Both the position numbers and the translations under genes were made by a program. The notes under the pieces were generated by a model that saw only the letters and a list, made by a program, of their open reading frames with translations, did not search any database and was not told where the DNA came from. From NCBI RefSeq assembly GCF_055900595.2, contig NZ_CM148325.1: a stretch of 64,000 bases of DNA; one strand, written 5' to 3'. Within the stretch, counting starts at the first letter, position 1, and every line of letters begins with the position of its first letter. This document shows positions 29,774-40,177 of the stretch, one piece after another.

Positions 29774-31051
29774 CTAGGTGCCGCTGCGCCACTGAATCAG
29801 GGCGGGCGGCATACTGAGATCGAATAAATCACGTCCCATTACGCGATTAAGAATACGTGCAGATCTCCATGCCATCAGGCTGAGCTGGGGTTCGGCGATG
29901 CCATGGGTTTGCATACTGGCGTTGACCACGAAGATGTTGTTCTCTTTCGGGCCACTCCATTCCAGAGTGAAGTCATCACGCACTTTAAAGGTGTTCTTAT
30001 CGTGCATGGTGATCAGGGGCATCAGTGAGGGAAGTATTTGTGGCAACGCAGAACGGTAACCTGTGGCGAAAATCACCACATCACTTTCCAGGCTCTCCCT
30101 GCCCTGATCCAGATGATGCTCCATCAGCAACTTCCAGCCAGGACCACTACTTTCCAGAGTTGTTACCGAGCGGCTGGGTAGCAGACGGATATTTCTTGGT
30201 TTTCTCAGAACTTCAAAACGGTGGTACAACTCACGATAAATGGTCAGTAAAGAATCGGCAGTGATGCCATCCGATGTCATTTTCTGCTCATCCAGTAACT
30301 GATGGCGAATATCTTCCTCCAGTCCGGAGAAGCCTGAAATATATTCAGGTGTAAAATACTCATCAGCAAAAGCAGCCTCATCCAGTGCGTTAAAATTATT
30401 ACGCCGGGAGACCCAGTTTATTTCCGCCGCTTCTCCCCATTCCCCGCGTAATGCATTAAGGAACAGGTCTGCACCACTCTGTCCTCCACCAACCACGGTT
30501 ATCCGTTTTCCACTAAGGTCCGGCCGACGAAGATTCATTTCACTGGCATGGAAACAGGATTGTGTCATATGCTTCACACAGGGTGGTAAATAAGGTTGTT
30601 TTCCTGTACCAAGGCAGATATTGCGGGCAAAATATTCTCCCTGGCTGGTTTGCACCAGAAACAATCGACGTTTTTTATCGAAATCAATGTTTTCAACGGT
30701 ATGACTGAAATACAGGTTATTCATATCTTCAGCAGCCCAGCGGAGGTAGTCAGAAAACTCTTCACGGGATACTGTACGTAGTCTGCTTGTAAGGAAGCGA
30801 TAGAACTTTTTGTGCTTCACCAGATAGTTAACAAAACTGTAGGGATTTGTAGGTGCAACAGCACTGACCAGATCTTTCAGAAAGACGGTCTGCATATGAC
30901 AATCCGGTACCAGCATACCCGGATGCCAGGAAAAATGAGGATGTTCATCAAAGAAGAGACAGTCCAGTTCTTCGATCTGATGTGACAACGCAGCAATGCT
31001 GAGATTAAATGGCCCTGTCCCTACACCAATAAAATCGACACTTTTTTTCAT
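29774..31051 (-). CDS. iucD: L-lysine N6-monooxygenase IucD
   Basis: FAD/NADPH motifs (GVGTGPFNLS, VVGGGQSGAD); overlaps iucC stop by 4 bp. Confidence 0.9.
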   Translation of the reverse strand: MKKSVDFIGVGTGPFNLSIAALSHQIEELDCLFFDEHPHFSWHPGMLVPDCHMQTVFLKDLVSAVAPTNPYSFVNYLVKHKKFYRFLTSRLRTVSREEFSDYLRWAAEDMNNLYFSHTVENIDFDKKRRLFLVQTSQGEYFARNICLGTGKQPYLPPCVKHMTQSCFHASEMNLRRPDLSGKRITVVGGGQSGADLFLNALRGEWGEAAEINWVSRRNNFNALDEAAFADEYFTPEYISGFSGLEEDIRHQLLDEQKMTSDGITADSLLTIYRELYHRFEVLRKPRNIRLLPSRSVTTLESSGPGWKLLMEHHLDQGRESLESDVVIFATGYRSALPQILPSLMPLITMHDKNTFKVRDDFTLEWSGPKENNIFVVNASMQTHGIAEPQLSLMAWRSARILNRVMGRDLFDLSMPPALIQWRSGT

Positions 31052-32790
31052 GATTCATATTCCTGAGTTACCAGCCACAGCGGATTTTGCAGATCCTCAA
31101 GGTAATTCGGCAGCATGCGGCTGCCGCCATCCAGATCAGGCCAGGTCAGTTTTACCGGGTTCAGCACCACGCGAATGATTTGTGGCCTGAAAAGTGAGAA
31201 AAGCGCAAAACGCTCTGACATTTGTGGATGTTTTTTCATGTAATCACTCAACACTGCTGCCAGCAGTTGATAAAATCGCCTTTCAGGTACGCCAAGACGA
31301 ACCATCAGTGGCGAAATAAAACGCAGTACTGTCACGAAGTGACCCGTCTGCAAATCATGGATTAAGTAGTCCGCACTCAGGCGGGATGTAACATCACGAA
31401 CCTCCTGAGGCAAAGAGTCCATTTCGGGGAACTCTTCTTTCACCAGTCGCATATCGCCCTGGAAGTCTTTCAGCAGAACACGCTGTGGAACCCCCTCTTT
31501 CATGGCGAGAGTTATATTTTGTCCATGTGCAATAAGCGCGACACCGTAGCGGCAAAGCAGGTGATACAGAGGAACCACGACCACCCGGAACAGTTGCGTA
31601 AGCCAGGTTTCAGCGTCCAGCCCGGAGCGGTCTATATATGCGCCTGCCAGCGGCTGATTGTTTTCGTCGCACTCCATCAGTGTTGCCATCAGAACCGGAC
31701 TTTCATCCGGTTTCAGCCAGCGGCACGGATTCTCCCGCCAGATAACACCAAGCATTTCCTGGTAGCGATAGGGAGCCCGGGCAAGCGCGGCATAGCCTTC
31801 ATGGGAGACATAGCCTGCAGCCGGTTCACCAAGTATCACTGCGCCGCTTTGCACTAGGGTGGCGTCGGTCGCAAAAACCTGTTGTAGCCAGCGTGAAGCC
31901 AGTGGTCCGGCAGCGATGTATCTGCCAGGGATCCCCCGGTAGCATGAGGTGTTGTAGATGGTCAGCGGCAGCTTGATATCCAGCCCGCCCCGGCGACTGG
32001 CGTTGGTCAGGGTACGCAGCGACTGCTGGGCGAGCCACTGGTCGCCAAACTCGCCGAGAGACACCATCCTGCCTTCGGCAAAATCAGCGATGAAGTCGGT
32101 AGCGATTTTTTGCTGCCACTGCCACGGATGTACCGGCAGCGGCAGCCAGTTGTGATCCAGTCCGTTTTCCTGCCAGACCTGACTGAAGCGTGTAAACTCC
32201 TGCGGATCCATTGCGGCAGTCAACAACTGCTGAATATCCAGATCGTTATCGCAGCGCCAGATCATATGTTCACGTTTTACCGCCAGCCAGTGCAGTCTGA
32301 AGGTGTTGGTATACTCTGGCGCATATCGTTCCAGCGCCTCTTTGCCCCAGCCACGGCGACCTTTATTAAAAACGAATTTAGGATGACCGCTCAGCAAGCA
32401 TTGCAGACGATCGGCATCAAGATTAATCAGGTCACTGGCACTCAGTCCGCGACGGGCCTTCAGCAGTTGCAGGTCGCCCAGTAGCGTGGCATACAAATCC
32501 TGCATATGCTCTGCAACAGTGGCATCACTCATTGACAGCACCGGCTTTAGCTGCATCAGCAGCGTCTGCGCCAGTACTGGTTCGTCCGTGCAGCGCAACG
32601 TTTGGGCATCAATCCACAGCCAGCCCCAGATACCACGTTCAGCGATGAAGCGCCATTGTGCTCCCGGCAGGTTAATGCAGTAGTGGTCATCGCCCTGAGA
32701 TTCCGCGTGGAAAACCTGCTCATACTCCATCTCAGACAACATTTTTGCCACCAGCCGACGGTTAACAAAATCCCAGTCCTTGTGATTCAT
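31048..32790 (-). CDS. iucC: aerobactin synthetase IucC (NRPS-independent siderophore synthetase)
   Basis: 580 aa IucA/IucC-family protein in iucABCD order. Confidence 0.9.
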   Translation of the reverse strand: MNHKDWDFVNRRLVAKMLSEMEYEQVFHAESQGDDHYCINLPGAQWRFIAERGIWGWLWIDAQTLRCTDEPVLAQTLLMQLKPVLSMSDATVAEHMQDLYATLLGDLQLLKARRGLSASDLINLDADRLQCLLSGHPKFVFNKGRRGWGKEALERYAPEYTNTFRLHWLAVKREHMIWRCDNDLDIQQLLTAAMDPQEFTRFSQVWQENGLDHNWLPLPVHPWQWQQKIATDFIADFAEGRMVSLGEFGDQWLAQQSLRTLTNASRRGGLDIKLPLTIYNTSCYRGIPGRYIAAGPLASRWLQQVFATDATLVQSGAVILGEPAAGYVSHEGYAALARAPYRYQEMLGVIWRENPCRWLKPDESPVLMATLMECDENNQPLAGAYIDRSGLDAETWLTQLFRVVVVPLYHLLCRYGVALIAHGQNITLAMKEGVPQRVLLKDFQGDMRLVKEEFPEMDSLPQEVRDVTSRLSADYLIHDLQTGHFVTVLRFISPLMVRLGVPERRFYQLLAAVLSDYMKKHPQMSERFALFSLFRPQIIRVVLNPVKLTWPDLDGGSRMLPNYLEDLQNPLWLVTQEYES

Positions 32791-33737
32791 TACAGACCGA
32801 CCTCCGTGAAGAAGTGATGACGATCCGCCATCACCATGCGCGAGCGCTTATGTGGGAAGTCGAACTCTTTAATTGTCCGGTATCCCGCAGGCTCAAGATG
32901 GCGGAACAGGCGCAGGTTATCGGTGCGTGGCTCCAGTACTGTGCGCTGCGTACGGGGCTCATCCAGCAGCAGGTAATGTGTCAGCCCGCGCAGCCAGCTT
33001 TGCACATAGTGGGCCCCGCGCCATTGCTGTTCACCAACCAGCAGATGCAGGCCACGGTCAAAGGGCTGCCACGAATAGTGACGACCAATGCGGTCTTCCG
33101 CCGCCCAGTAGATTTCGAAATAGCTGAATGGCCGATCGTCGAAGCACCCAATCAGCGGGAATGCATGTTTACCGGTGAGCTGGCGCTCCAGATAGGCGGT
33201 CTGTACCTCCAGTGAGCCACTTTGCTCCCAGAAATACTCAACGCGCGGATCATTCATCCAGCGGGTGAAACGTTCTGCATCAGAAACGGGATCGGCAATG
33301 CGGAAACTCAGCATCCTGCGAATACGTGGATCGTAACGGCGGTAAACCTCACCCTGTGGACGGGGTGGGCGCTGCGGGAAATAAATCTCACGCTCTGCAT
33401 CAAAAACCATTTCACCGGAGGCCCGGTTTGCCGGTGAACTCAACCATAACGGTAACTGCCAGAAGGCAGTACGATGGATAATGTCGCTTTTTACCTGCCC
33501 AAAAAGCGTCAGCGCCTGTGGCTCCTCACGCCATTCGGCCCAGGGGAGAGCCACTGCTGACAGTTGTGGAGCGGCGATAAATATCTGATCCAGCGCATCG
33601 CACAGCCACCCTGTCGGCAGCTCCCCGGGACAGTGCAACACCGCGCTATTGTCCAGTCCCCAGCCAAGATTCAGGGGCTTGTCGAGTTTTTCACAGCGCA
33701 GTCCATATCTGCTGTGAATAATGTTTGCCTCAGACAT
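32790..33737 (-). CDS. iucB: N6-hydroxylysine acetyltransferase IucB
   Basis: 315 aa, acetyltransferase in conserved operon position between iucA and iucC. Confidence 0.9.
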   Translation of the reverse strand: MSEANIIHSRYGLRCEKLDKPLNLGWGLDNSAVLHCPGELPTGWLCDALDQIFIAAPQLSAVALPWAEWREEPQALTLFGQVKSDIIHRTAFWQLPLWLSSPANRASGEMVFDAEREIYFPQRPPRPQGEVYRRYDPRIRRMLSFRIADPVSDAERFTRWMNDPRVEYFWEQSGSLEVQTAYLERQLTGKHAFPLIGCFDDRPFSYFEIYWAAEDRIGRHYSWQPFDRGLHLLVGEQQWRGAHYVQSWLRGLTHYLLLDEPRTQRTVLEPRTDNLRLFRHLEPAGYRTIKEFDFPHKRSRMVMADRHHFFTEVGL

Positions 33738-35462
33738 TCAGACCTCCTGAGCCTGCAGCGGGTTAGCGAAATCGAAATAGATCACCGAAGGGTCAACAAT
33801 GGTGTTCTCGTTATGATCGTTCAGATAACAGAAAAAGTTACCTTTTACGTTCCAGTACGGACTTTCCAGCACGTAGTTGAGACAGGTTTTATGAGTCACC
33901 TGATCACGCACTTCAGCCAGCGATGCTCGTACACGAGCCATCAGATTCGATTCGCTGTCCAGCCCGGCAGCCCCCAGCGCAGCGGTCACAGCAAAAGTGG
34001 AGTTAACCAGCAGGTAATAAGGGAAATAGCGCAGCAACTGCTCATGGGTGAAAATATTTTCCGCCTGCGCCTCGCCAATAGAATCGAGCCAGTCTGTCGC
34101 GTGAGGCATAAAAGCGCTGCCCTGACAGTCACGGTAAATAAATCCGACCGGCAGATCCCCAAGCATCTGGACAAGAATATTTTGCTGATGCGCCAGCAGC
34201 ACCAGGCCGTAATCCGCTTCAGCCGTAAACAGCGGCTTTAGCACTTGCTGACAGTATGCATCGACCCATGCATGGGCGGCCTGTTGCACAGTGATACCGA
34301 GGCGATCGCTCAGGCGTTTTACCGCCGAAACCAGCAGCGAATCACCGCCATCAGGTGCGGCCTGAGTCAGGGAGACCAGTACGTTAGTCTGGCTTTTCGG
34401 CTGATCCACCAGCAGATTTTCACGCAGGGCAAACAGACTTTCCTGCATGATGTTGCCGTTAAGATCGCGCAGCCCGGCCCAGCCATCCTCCTGCATTACC
34501 CGGAAAGTCGGGAAGCGGACCTGTAGCATCTGCCAGCCGTCGGTTTGAGCCAGGCGTGCCAGGCGCATCCCACGCTTCACTTCTTTCACGGACAGAGTAC
34601 GGATGGAGTTGGTCAGCCGTACGCTCAGGGAGAACTTGATCATATCGCGGCTGGTGGCACAGTAGAGGGAACGGGAAGAGGTGGTCGGCAGCCACGACGT
34701 GCCGGCCTCACCTAAGTCTTTAATCAGCCCTTTAGCAACAAGTGCCTGGCACCACCCCTGCTGCAAAAGATATTCCCCCTGCCACGGGTGCAACGGGAAC
34801 AGCCATTGGTTGTCACTTAATTCGTTGAGTAACTGAGGCGCATTCTCTGCGGCAAATCGCGTCAGCCGCTGTTGAAGGTTGAGATGCAAACTTTCACCGG
34901 CGATTTGCGTTTTATCCACCGAAAACCACCGCAGTGGGAAGTGGGGTGCCATATCAGGCAGGTAGCGTTCAGCCTCCCGCCGGTTAAACGGTTCATGAGA
35001 CTTAGGCGCAGGGTGGAAAGCGTGTCCTGTCAGCAGCGCCTGCTCAGCCTCGCCAAAATTCAACGCTTTTTCACGCAGAGCGGCCCAGTCATGACGGGCA
35101 TCAATTGCCTGTTGCGTATGGACATGGCTTTCCAGCACGCGCTGGTGGAAAGTTTCGCAGAGGGGAACGGGCAGAAACAGTTGATGGCGTAGCTTATCAA
35201 TAATAAGCCGGGAGAGAGTGGTAAAGTCGACAGGATAACTGCCTGATGCCGTGACCAGACGTGCAGGAAATGCAAAGCGGTGATGCTGGGTTGGGGAGAA
35301 ATAAGCCACTCTGAAATGGAGCGATTTCTGCTCATCCAGCGGGATGAGCAATTCGTCTGGCGGGTATTCTGTCAGTTTCCAGTCTGTGGTTTCACGAATC
35401 AGTGCATTCAGGAAGCACTGCGCAGCCACATCTGTGGCTGGTTTTTCAGAGGGCAGGGTCAT
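33738..35462 (-). CDS. iucA: aerobactin synthetase IucA
   Basis: Matches IucA from MTLPSEKPATDVAAQCF.. onward; the 21 codons upstream in the track ORF lie in the AT-rich promoter/Fur-box region. Confidence 0.9.
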   Translation of the reverse strand: MTLPSEKPATDVAAQCFLNALIRETTDWKLTEYPPDELLIPLDEQKSLHFRVAYFSPTQHHRFAFPARLVTASGSYPVDFTTLSRLIIDKLRHQLFLPVPLCETFHQRVLESHVHTQQAIDARHDWAALREKALNFGEAEQALLTGHAFHPAPKSHEPFNRREAERYLPDMAPHFPLRWFSVDKTQIAGESLHLNLQQRLTRFAAENAPQLLNELSDNQWLFPLHPWQGEYLLQQGWCQALVAKGLIKDLGEAGTSWLPTTSSRSLYCATSRDMIKFSLSVRLTNSIRTLSVKEVKRGMRLARLAQTDGWQMLQVRFPTFRVMQEDGWAGLRDLNGNIMQESLFALRENLLVDQPKSQTNVLVSLTQAAPDGGDSLLVSAVKRLSDRLGITVQQAAHAWVDAYCQQVLKPLFTAEADYGLVLLAHQQNILVQMLGDLPVGFIYRDCQGSAFMPHATDWLDSIGEAQAENIFTHEQLLRYFPYYLLVNSTFAVTAALGAAGLDSESNLMARVRASLAEVRDQVTHKTCLNYVLESPYWNVKGNFFCYLNDHNENTIVDPSVIYFDFANPLQAQEV

Positions 35463-35502
35463 AGTCAAACAGCTCCCACACAGCAAAATAATAACAATTA
35501 TG

Positions 35503-35535
35503 TCAATAATGATTCTCATTATCAATAATAAATGT
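35503..35535. promoter_or_regulatory. Fur box / iron-regulated promoter of iucABCD-iutA (divergent from shiF)
   Basis: CAATAATGATTCTCATTATCAATAATAA closely matches Fur consensus, about 45-70 bp upstream of iucA start. Confidence 0.65.
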
Positions 35536-35597
35536 TATTGTCAGATAAATTAATTTTACAAATAAACACAATTAATACATGGAGTTGAAACATTATA

Positions 35598-36791
35598 ATG
35601 TCACCAGGGATCGAAGATACGCCCCAAAAACCACTGTCCTGCTGGCCACTTGCGTTCAGTGCCGGGCTTCTCGGTATCGGACAGAACGGTCTGCTGGTTG
35701 TGCTCCCTGTTCTGGTCATACAGACAAATCTGAGTCTGTCTGTATGGGCTGCCCTGCTGATGCTTGGCTCAATGCTGTTTCTGCCATCGTCCCCGTGCTG
35801 GGGAAAGCAAATTTCCCGTACTGGCAGTAAACCTGTGGTGTTGTGGGCTCTGGGAGGATATGGCATAAGCTTTACCCTGCTAGGGCTGGGAAGCGTGCTG
35901 ATGGCTACCAGCGCCATAACAACAGCGGTGGGACTGGGAATATTAATCATCGCCCGGATCGCCTACGGGCTGACCGTGTCGGCAATGGTGCCAGCCTGTC
36001 AGGTCTGGGCATTGCAGAGAGCTGGAGAAGGGAATCGCATGGCCGCTCTGGCAACCATCAGCTCCGGCCTGAGTTGCGGCAGGCTATTCGGGCCGCTGTG
36101 CGCGGCAGCAATGCTGGCCATTCATCCTCTGGCGCCACTGGGGCTGCTGATGGCAGCCCCAGTGCTGGCGCTGCTGATGCTGCTGCGGTTGCCCGGCACA
36201 CCACCACAGCCCACACCGGAGTGCAAGAGCGTCAGTCTGAAGCGGGATTGTCTGCCTTATCTGCTTTGCGCAATATTACTGGCTGCGGCGGTGAGCATGA
36301 TGCAGCTTGGACTTTCGCCTGCCCTTACTCGCCAGTTCGCCACGGATACCACCGCCATTAGCCAACAGGTGGCCTGGCTGTTGGGTCTGTCCGCAGTAGC
36401 TGCGCTTATCGCGCAGTTCGGGGTACTCCGTCCGCAGCGCCTGACTCCGGTGGCCCTGCTCCTGAGTGCCGGAGTGTTGATGAGTGGTGGTCTGGCTATC
36501 ATGCTCTCCGAACAGCTATGGTTGTTTTACCCGGGCTGTGCAGTGCTGTCATTTGGAGCAGCTCTGGCAACACCCGCTTATCAACTTCTACTGAATGATA
36601 AGCTGGCTGATGGCGCAGGCGCGGGCTGGCTCGCTACCAGTCACACACTTGGCTATGGACTGTGCGCTTTGCTGGTGCCGCTGGTATCGAAAACAGGTGT
36701 CGCAATCGCGCTGATTATGGCAGCATTATTTGCAACTATATTATTTACCATTGTGTCTGTATTTATCTGGCATTACCGTACTATCAAATAA
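35598..36791 (+). CDS. shiF: MFS transporter ShiF
   Basis: 397 aa 12-TM MFS protein divergently transcribed from iucA, as in SHI-2-type aerobactin islands. Confidence 0.8.
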   Translation: MSPGIEDTPQKPLSCWPLAFSAGLLGIGQNGLLVVLPVLVIQTNLSLSVWAALLMLGSMLFLPSSPCWGKQISRTGSKPVVLWALGGYGISFTLLGLGSVLMATSAITTAVGLGILIIARIAYGLTVSAMVPACQVWALQRAGEGNRMAALATISSGLSCGRLFGPLCAAAMLAIHPLAPLGLLMAAPVLALLMLLRLPGTPPQPTPECKSVSLKRDCLPYLLCAILLAAAVSMMQLGLSPALTRQFATDTTAISQQVAWLLGLSAVAALIAQFGVLRPQRLTPVALLLSAGVLMSGGLAIMLSEQLWLFYPGCAVLSFGAALATPAYQLLLNDKLADGAGAGWLATSHTLGYGLCALLVPLVSKTGVAIALIMAALFATILFTIVSVFIWHYRTIK

Positions 36792-36903
36792 AGATATGAT
36801 CATCACCTTACTGGAGTAAATCAGAGGATATGAGAGAGGACCTGCGTCTGATGAAAACATGTCAGGCAGTGTTCTGGCTTGCTGCCCCCGCCTGGATTTG
36901 CCC

Positions 36904-37809
36904 CTATATTTCCAGACATCTGTTATCACTTAACCCATTACAGGCCCGCTGCCGCAGATATTCCCGTGGCGAGCGATAACCCAACGCACTATGCGGATGC
37001 CATTCGTTATAATGCTCGAACGCCTCTGCAAGGTTCTTTGCTGCCGTTAACCCGTCTGGTTTGGGTATGATACTTATGTAGTCACGCTTTATCGTTTTCA
37101 CGAAGCTCTCTGCTATGCCGTTACTCTCCGGACTCCGCACCGCCGTGTTTTTCGGTTCAAGCCCCAACATCCGGGCAAACTGCCGTGTTTCATTAGCCCG
37201 GTAGCATGAACCATTATCCGTCAGCCACTCTACTGGAGACGCCGGAAGCTCGTTGCCGAAGCGGCGTTCCACCGCTCCCAGCATGACGTCCTGTACTGTT
37301 TCACTGTTGAAGCCGCCCGTAGTGACCGCCCAGTGCAGTGCCTCACGGTCACAGCAGTCCAGCGCGAACGTGACCCGCAGTTTTTCTCCGTTATCACAGC
37401 GGAACTCGAACCCGTCAGAGCACCATCGCTGATTACTTTCTTTCACAGCCACTCTGCCGGTATGTGCCCGTTTCGATGGCGGTACAGCGGTTTTTCGCTC
37501 AAGCAACAGCGCATTCTGGCGCATGATCCGGTAAATACGTTTGGCATTGATCGCAGGCATACCATCAAGTTCTGTTTGTCTGCGAAGCAGCGCCCATACC
37601 CGACGATAACCATATGTGGGTAGCTCTCCGATAACATGGTGTATACGGCGAAGCACATCCGTATCATCCGTGTGACGGCTGCGGCGGCCGTCCTTCCAGT
37701 CATCGGCTCGTCTGAGAATGACGTGCAACTGCGCACGCGACACCCGGAGACAACGGCTGACGAAGCTTACTCCCCATCCCCGGGCAATAAGGGCGCGTGC
37801 GCTATCCAC
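36904..37809 (-). CDS. insD: IS2 transposase OrfB
   Basis: 301 aa, near-identical to copy 1 InsD. Confidence 0.9.
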
Positions 37810-38132
37810 TTTTTTGCTCGCCCATATTCAACGGCTTCTTTAAGGAGTTCATTTTCCATCGTTTTTTTGCCGAGCAGACGCTGGAGTTCTTTAATCTGCT
37901 TCATGGCGGCAGCAAGTTCAGAGGCAGGAACGACCTGTTCTCCGGCAGCCACAGCAGTAAGACTTCCCTCCTGGTATTGCTTACGCCAGAGAAATAACTG
38001 GCTGGCTGCCACACCATGTTGCCGGGCAACAAGGGAGACCGTCATTCCCGGTTCAAAGCTCTGCTGAACGATAGCGATCTTTTCCTGTGTAGTACGCCGT
38101 CTGCGTTTCTCCGGCCCTAAGACATCAATCAT
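37767..38132 (-). CDS. insC: IS2 transposase OrfA
   Basis: Identical to copy 1 InsC in the track translation. Confidence 0.9.
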
Positions 38133-38840
38133 CTGTTCTCCAATGACTAGTCTAAAAACTAGTATTAAGACTATCACTTATTTAAGTGATATTGGTTGTC
38201 TGGAGATTCAGGGGGCCAGTCTAACGGTTTACGTTACGCCCTTAGCTACCTGGCTAAACAGGATCAGAAAGAACACGGTATTATTCTGATGCGTAGCAGA
38301 CTTCCCGAAAAAAGTAACCGCGGCCGACCACGACACAACTGAATTACAGCTGTATTAGAATTAAGTTTCCGTAAGTTGTTGGGAGGTGCTTGAGTTAATA
38401 GGCAGCAGAGGGGGCGCTGTAATCAGTGTAGGGGACCCGAATTTCTGCTGTGGTGCTTCAGTGGTTCGGATACAGGTAACGAATATGGTTCATAAATCTG
38501 ACAGTGATGAATTAGCAGCACTGAGGGAAGACATCACTTGAAGCTTATGGGATTGAATGGCGACGTAAACCGCAGAGTCCTGTGCAGTGCGTTTCCGTAT
38601 TATCCACGGATGAGAAAGTTGCGTTATTTCGTCGGTTGTTTCGTGGGCGTAGTGATGTATGGGGCCTTCGATGGGAAAGTAAAACTAGCGGAAAATAAAA
38701 GTACTCGCCTGCCTACGGACCTTTTTACTCAGGGTATTTTTGTTTTCCATAACGTTGCGTATTAACATGAAGGAGAACGAGGGGGATTAGGTAATCTCTT
38801 TCCATGAAAATACGCAAACGTTCATCACCGAAGTGAAAAA

Positions 38841-39269
38841 TCAGTTTTTGATATTTAAATAATTTTTCAAATCATATTTCAGCAGGACACTACCAGCACC
38901 TAACAGCAGCACATCTTTGATGACAAAACTGTCAACTTTTCCCAGTTGTGGTAACAGACTTAGTGTGACTAAACCTGTAACAATAACGATAATATCTCCC
39001 AGTATGCCAGCAGCAGGCCTGAAGAAGCCGATACTCAGTGCTAGAAAAGTGATAGTTTCTACTATGCCGAGGAAATAGCTCCCCCCATGAACACCAAACA
39101 TAATGTACAGGATATTCAGCCACGTGGGAGAAATCAGGGGCTTGAGGGCCATCACTTCAAAATCAAACCATTTATAGGTCCCGAAGAGCATAAATATTAT
39201 AATAACAGACAGGCGAAGAATAACTATGTCATAATCTGATTTAATGTAAACATTAATAAATTTTTTCAT
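38841..39269 (-). CDS. small inner-membrane protein, DUF417-like (YkgB/RclC-like)
   Basis: About 142 aa, four predicted TM helices; downstream of TetR gene on same strand. Confidence 0.45.
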   Translation of the reverse strand: MKKFINVYIKSDYDIVILRLSVIIIFMLFGTYKWFDFEVMALKPLISPTWLNILYIMFGVHGGSYFLGIVETITFLALSIGFFRPAAGILGDIIVIVTGLVTLSLLPQLGKVDSFVIKDVLLLGAGSVLLKYDLKNYLNIKN

Positions 39270-39308
39270 TTCATTCTCCGGGTGGAAAATTATATGCACT
39301 AAAAAGGA

Positions 39309-39869
39309 TTAAGTACGGGTATCAAGCATTTTAATTAAAGCGTTAACGGTTCCTGAATAGATATCATGTGGTGGAAGTCGATTTAACATCAGTGCCCCCT
39401 TTAGTGTAGAACAGACTATAACGGCGAGCTCATCCGGAAGAAGAACTGTTTTGAACTCTCCACTATTCTGCCCGGAGGTGATAATATCTTTAATCATCTG
39501 TATCTCCTGATGTGCCAGTTGACTTACAGCCTCCTGTAATTCAGGAGAAAACTGATGGCTGTCGGATAGCATGGCATAAATACCGCACATTTCCCCTCTT
39601 TCAGCACAACCAGCAAATGCATCAAGATATGTCCTGAGACGTTGTACACCTGAAGAAACATTATGGAGAGTTATATTAAGTCTATCAAATACTTCTGTTT
39701 TGTATTGGCAGTAGGCTATACCAAGATCAGTTTTCCTCGGGAAATGGTGATGAATACTGGCTTTTCTGATACCAATTTCTTTTTCCAGATCTGCGTAACT
39801 GAACCCCAAAAATCCGCGTTGCTGGATCAGAGTATCCGTTATGCGAAGTATATTCTCATAAGTAGACAC
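39309..39869 (-). CDS. TetR/AcrR-family transcriptional regulator
   Basis: N-terminal HTH ..GFSYADLEKEIGIRKASIHHHFPRKTDL.. typical of TetR family. Confidence 0.8.
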   Translation of the reverse strand: MSTYENILRITDTLIQQRGFLGFSYADLEKEIGIRKASIHHHFPRKTDLGIAYCQYKTEVFDRLNITLHNVSSGVQRLRTYLDAFAGCAERGEMCGIYAMLSDSHQFSPELQEAVSQLAHQEIQMIKDIITSGQNSGEFKTVLLPDELAVIVCSTLKGALMLNRLPPHDIYSGTVNALIKMLDTRT

Positions 39870-39910
39870 GGCTTTACCTGTTATGTATTAAAGGGACTAT
39901 TATACATATT

Positions 39911-40177
39911 TTAGCGATAGATAATGGCAGTTCCATCAAGTTTATTTTTTCCTCCCAATGAAGTGATTCGGAAATGAGAACCTCCTGCCTGCTCCGCTTT
40001 GTCTTTAAGCGCAGTTGCCACCTCTTCTGGTGTATATAGATTACCAACAGAAATATAGTCTGACGGCATCAAACCAACAACGTCCTGACGATTAATTTCA
40101 TCTGCAGCAGTTGCGTAGCCTGTCAGAATGAGACCAAGGGCGACAATGGTAGTGCAGATAACATAATTCATGAGCAA
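39911..40177 (-). CDS. YhcN/BhsA-like periplasmic stress protein (DUF1471)
   Basis: Signal peptide then DUF1471-like C-terminus ..KAEQAGGSHFRITSLGGKNKLDGTAIIYR. Confidence 0.55.
   Translation of the reverse strand: MLMNYVICTTIVALGLILTGYATAADEINRQDVVGLMPSDYISVGNLYTPEEVATALKDKAEQAGGSHFRITSLGGKNKLDGTAIIYR

Larger units (their letters stand above)
36893..38223 (-). mobile_element. IS2 copy 2 (1331 bp), inverted relative to copy 1
   Basis: IS2 termini present; InsD differs from copy 1 at several residues (e.g. RIYRIMRQ vs RVYRTMRQ, C-terminal RQRACNG vs RQWASDG). Confidence 0.95.

Noticed and set aside
32110-34526. Plus-strand ORFs within iucC, iucB and iucA
   Set aside because: Antisense to the conserved aerobactin operon; no start context
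35843-36361. 172-aa ORF in alternative frame within shiF
   Set aside because: Arg/Gly/Ala-rich translation typical of an off-frame read of a GC-rich membrane protein gene
7522-38223. IS2-flanked region as a recently transposed composite transposon
   Set aside because: No 5-bp target-site duplication at the outer ends and the two IS2 copies are diverged
38538-38765. 75-aa ORF in the region between IS2 copy 2 and the DUF417-like gene
   Set aside because: No ribosome-binding site or recognisable motif; region kept only as unexplained ORF-poor DNA
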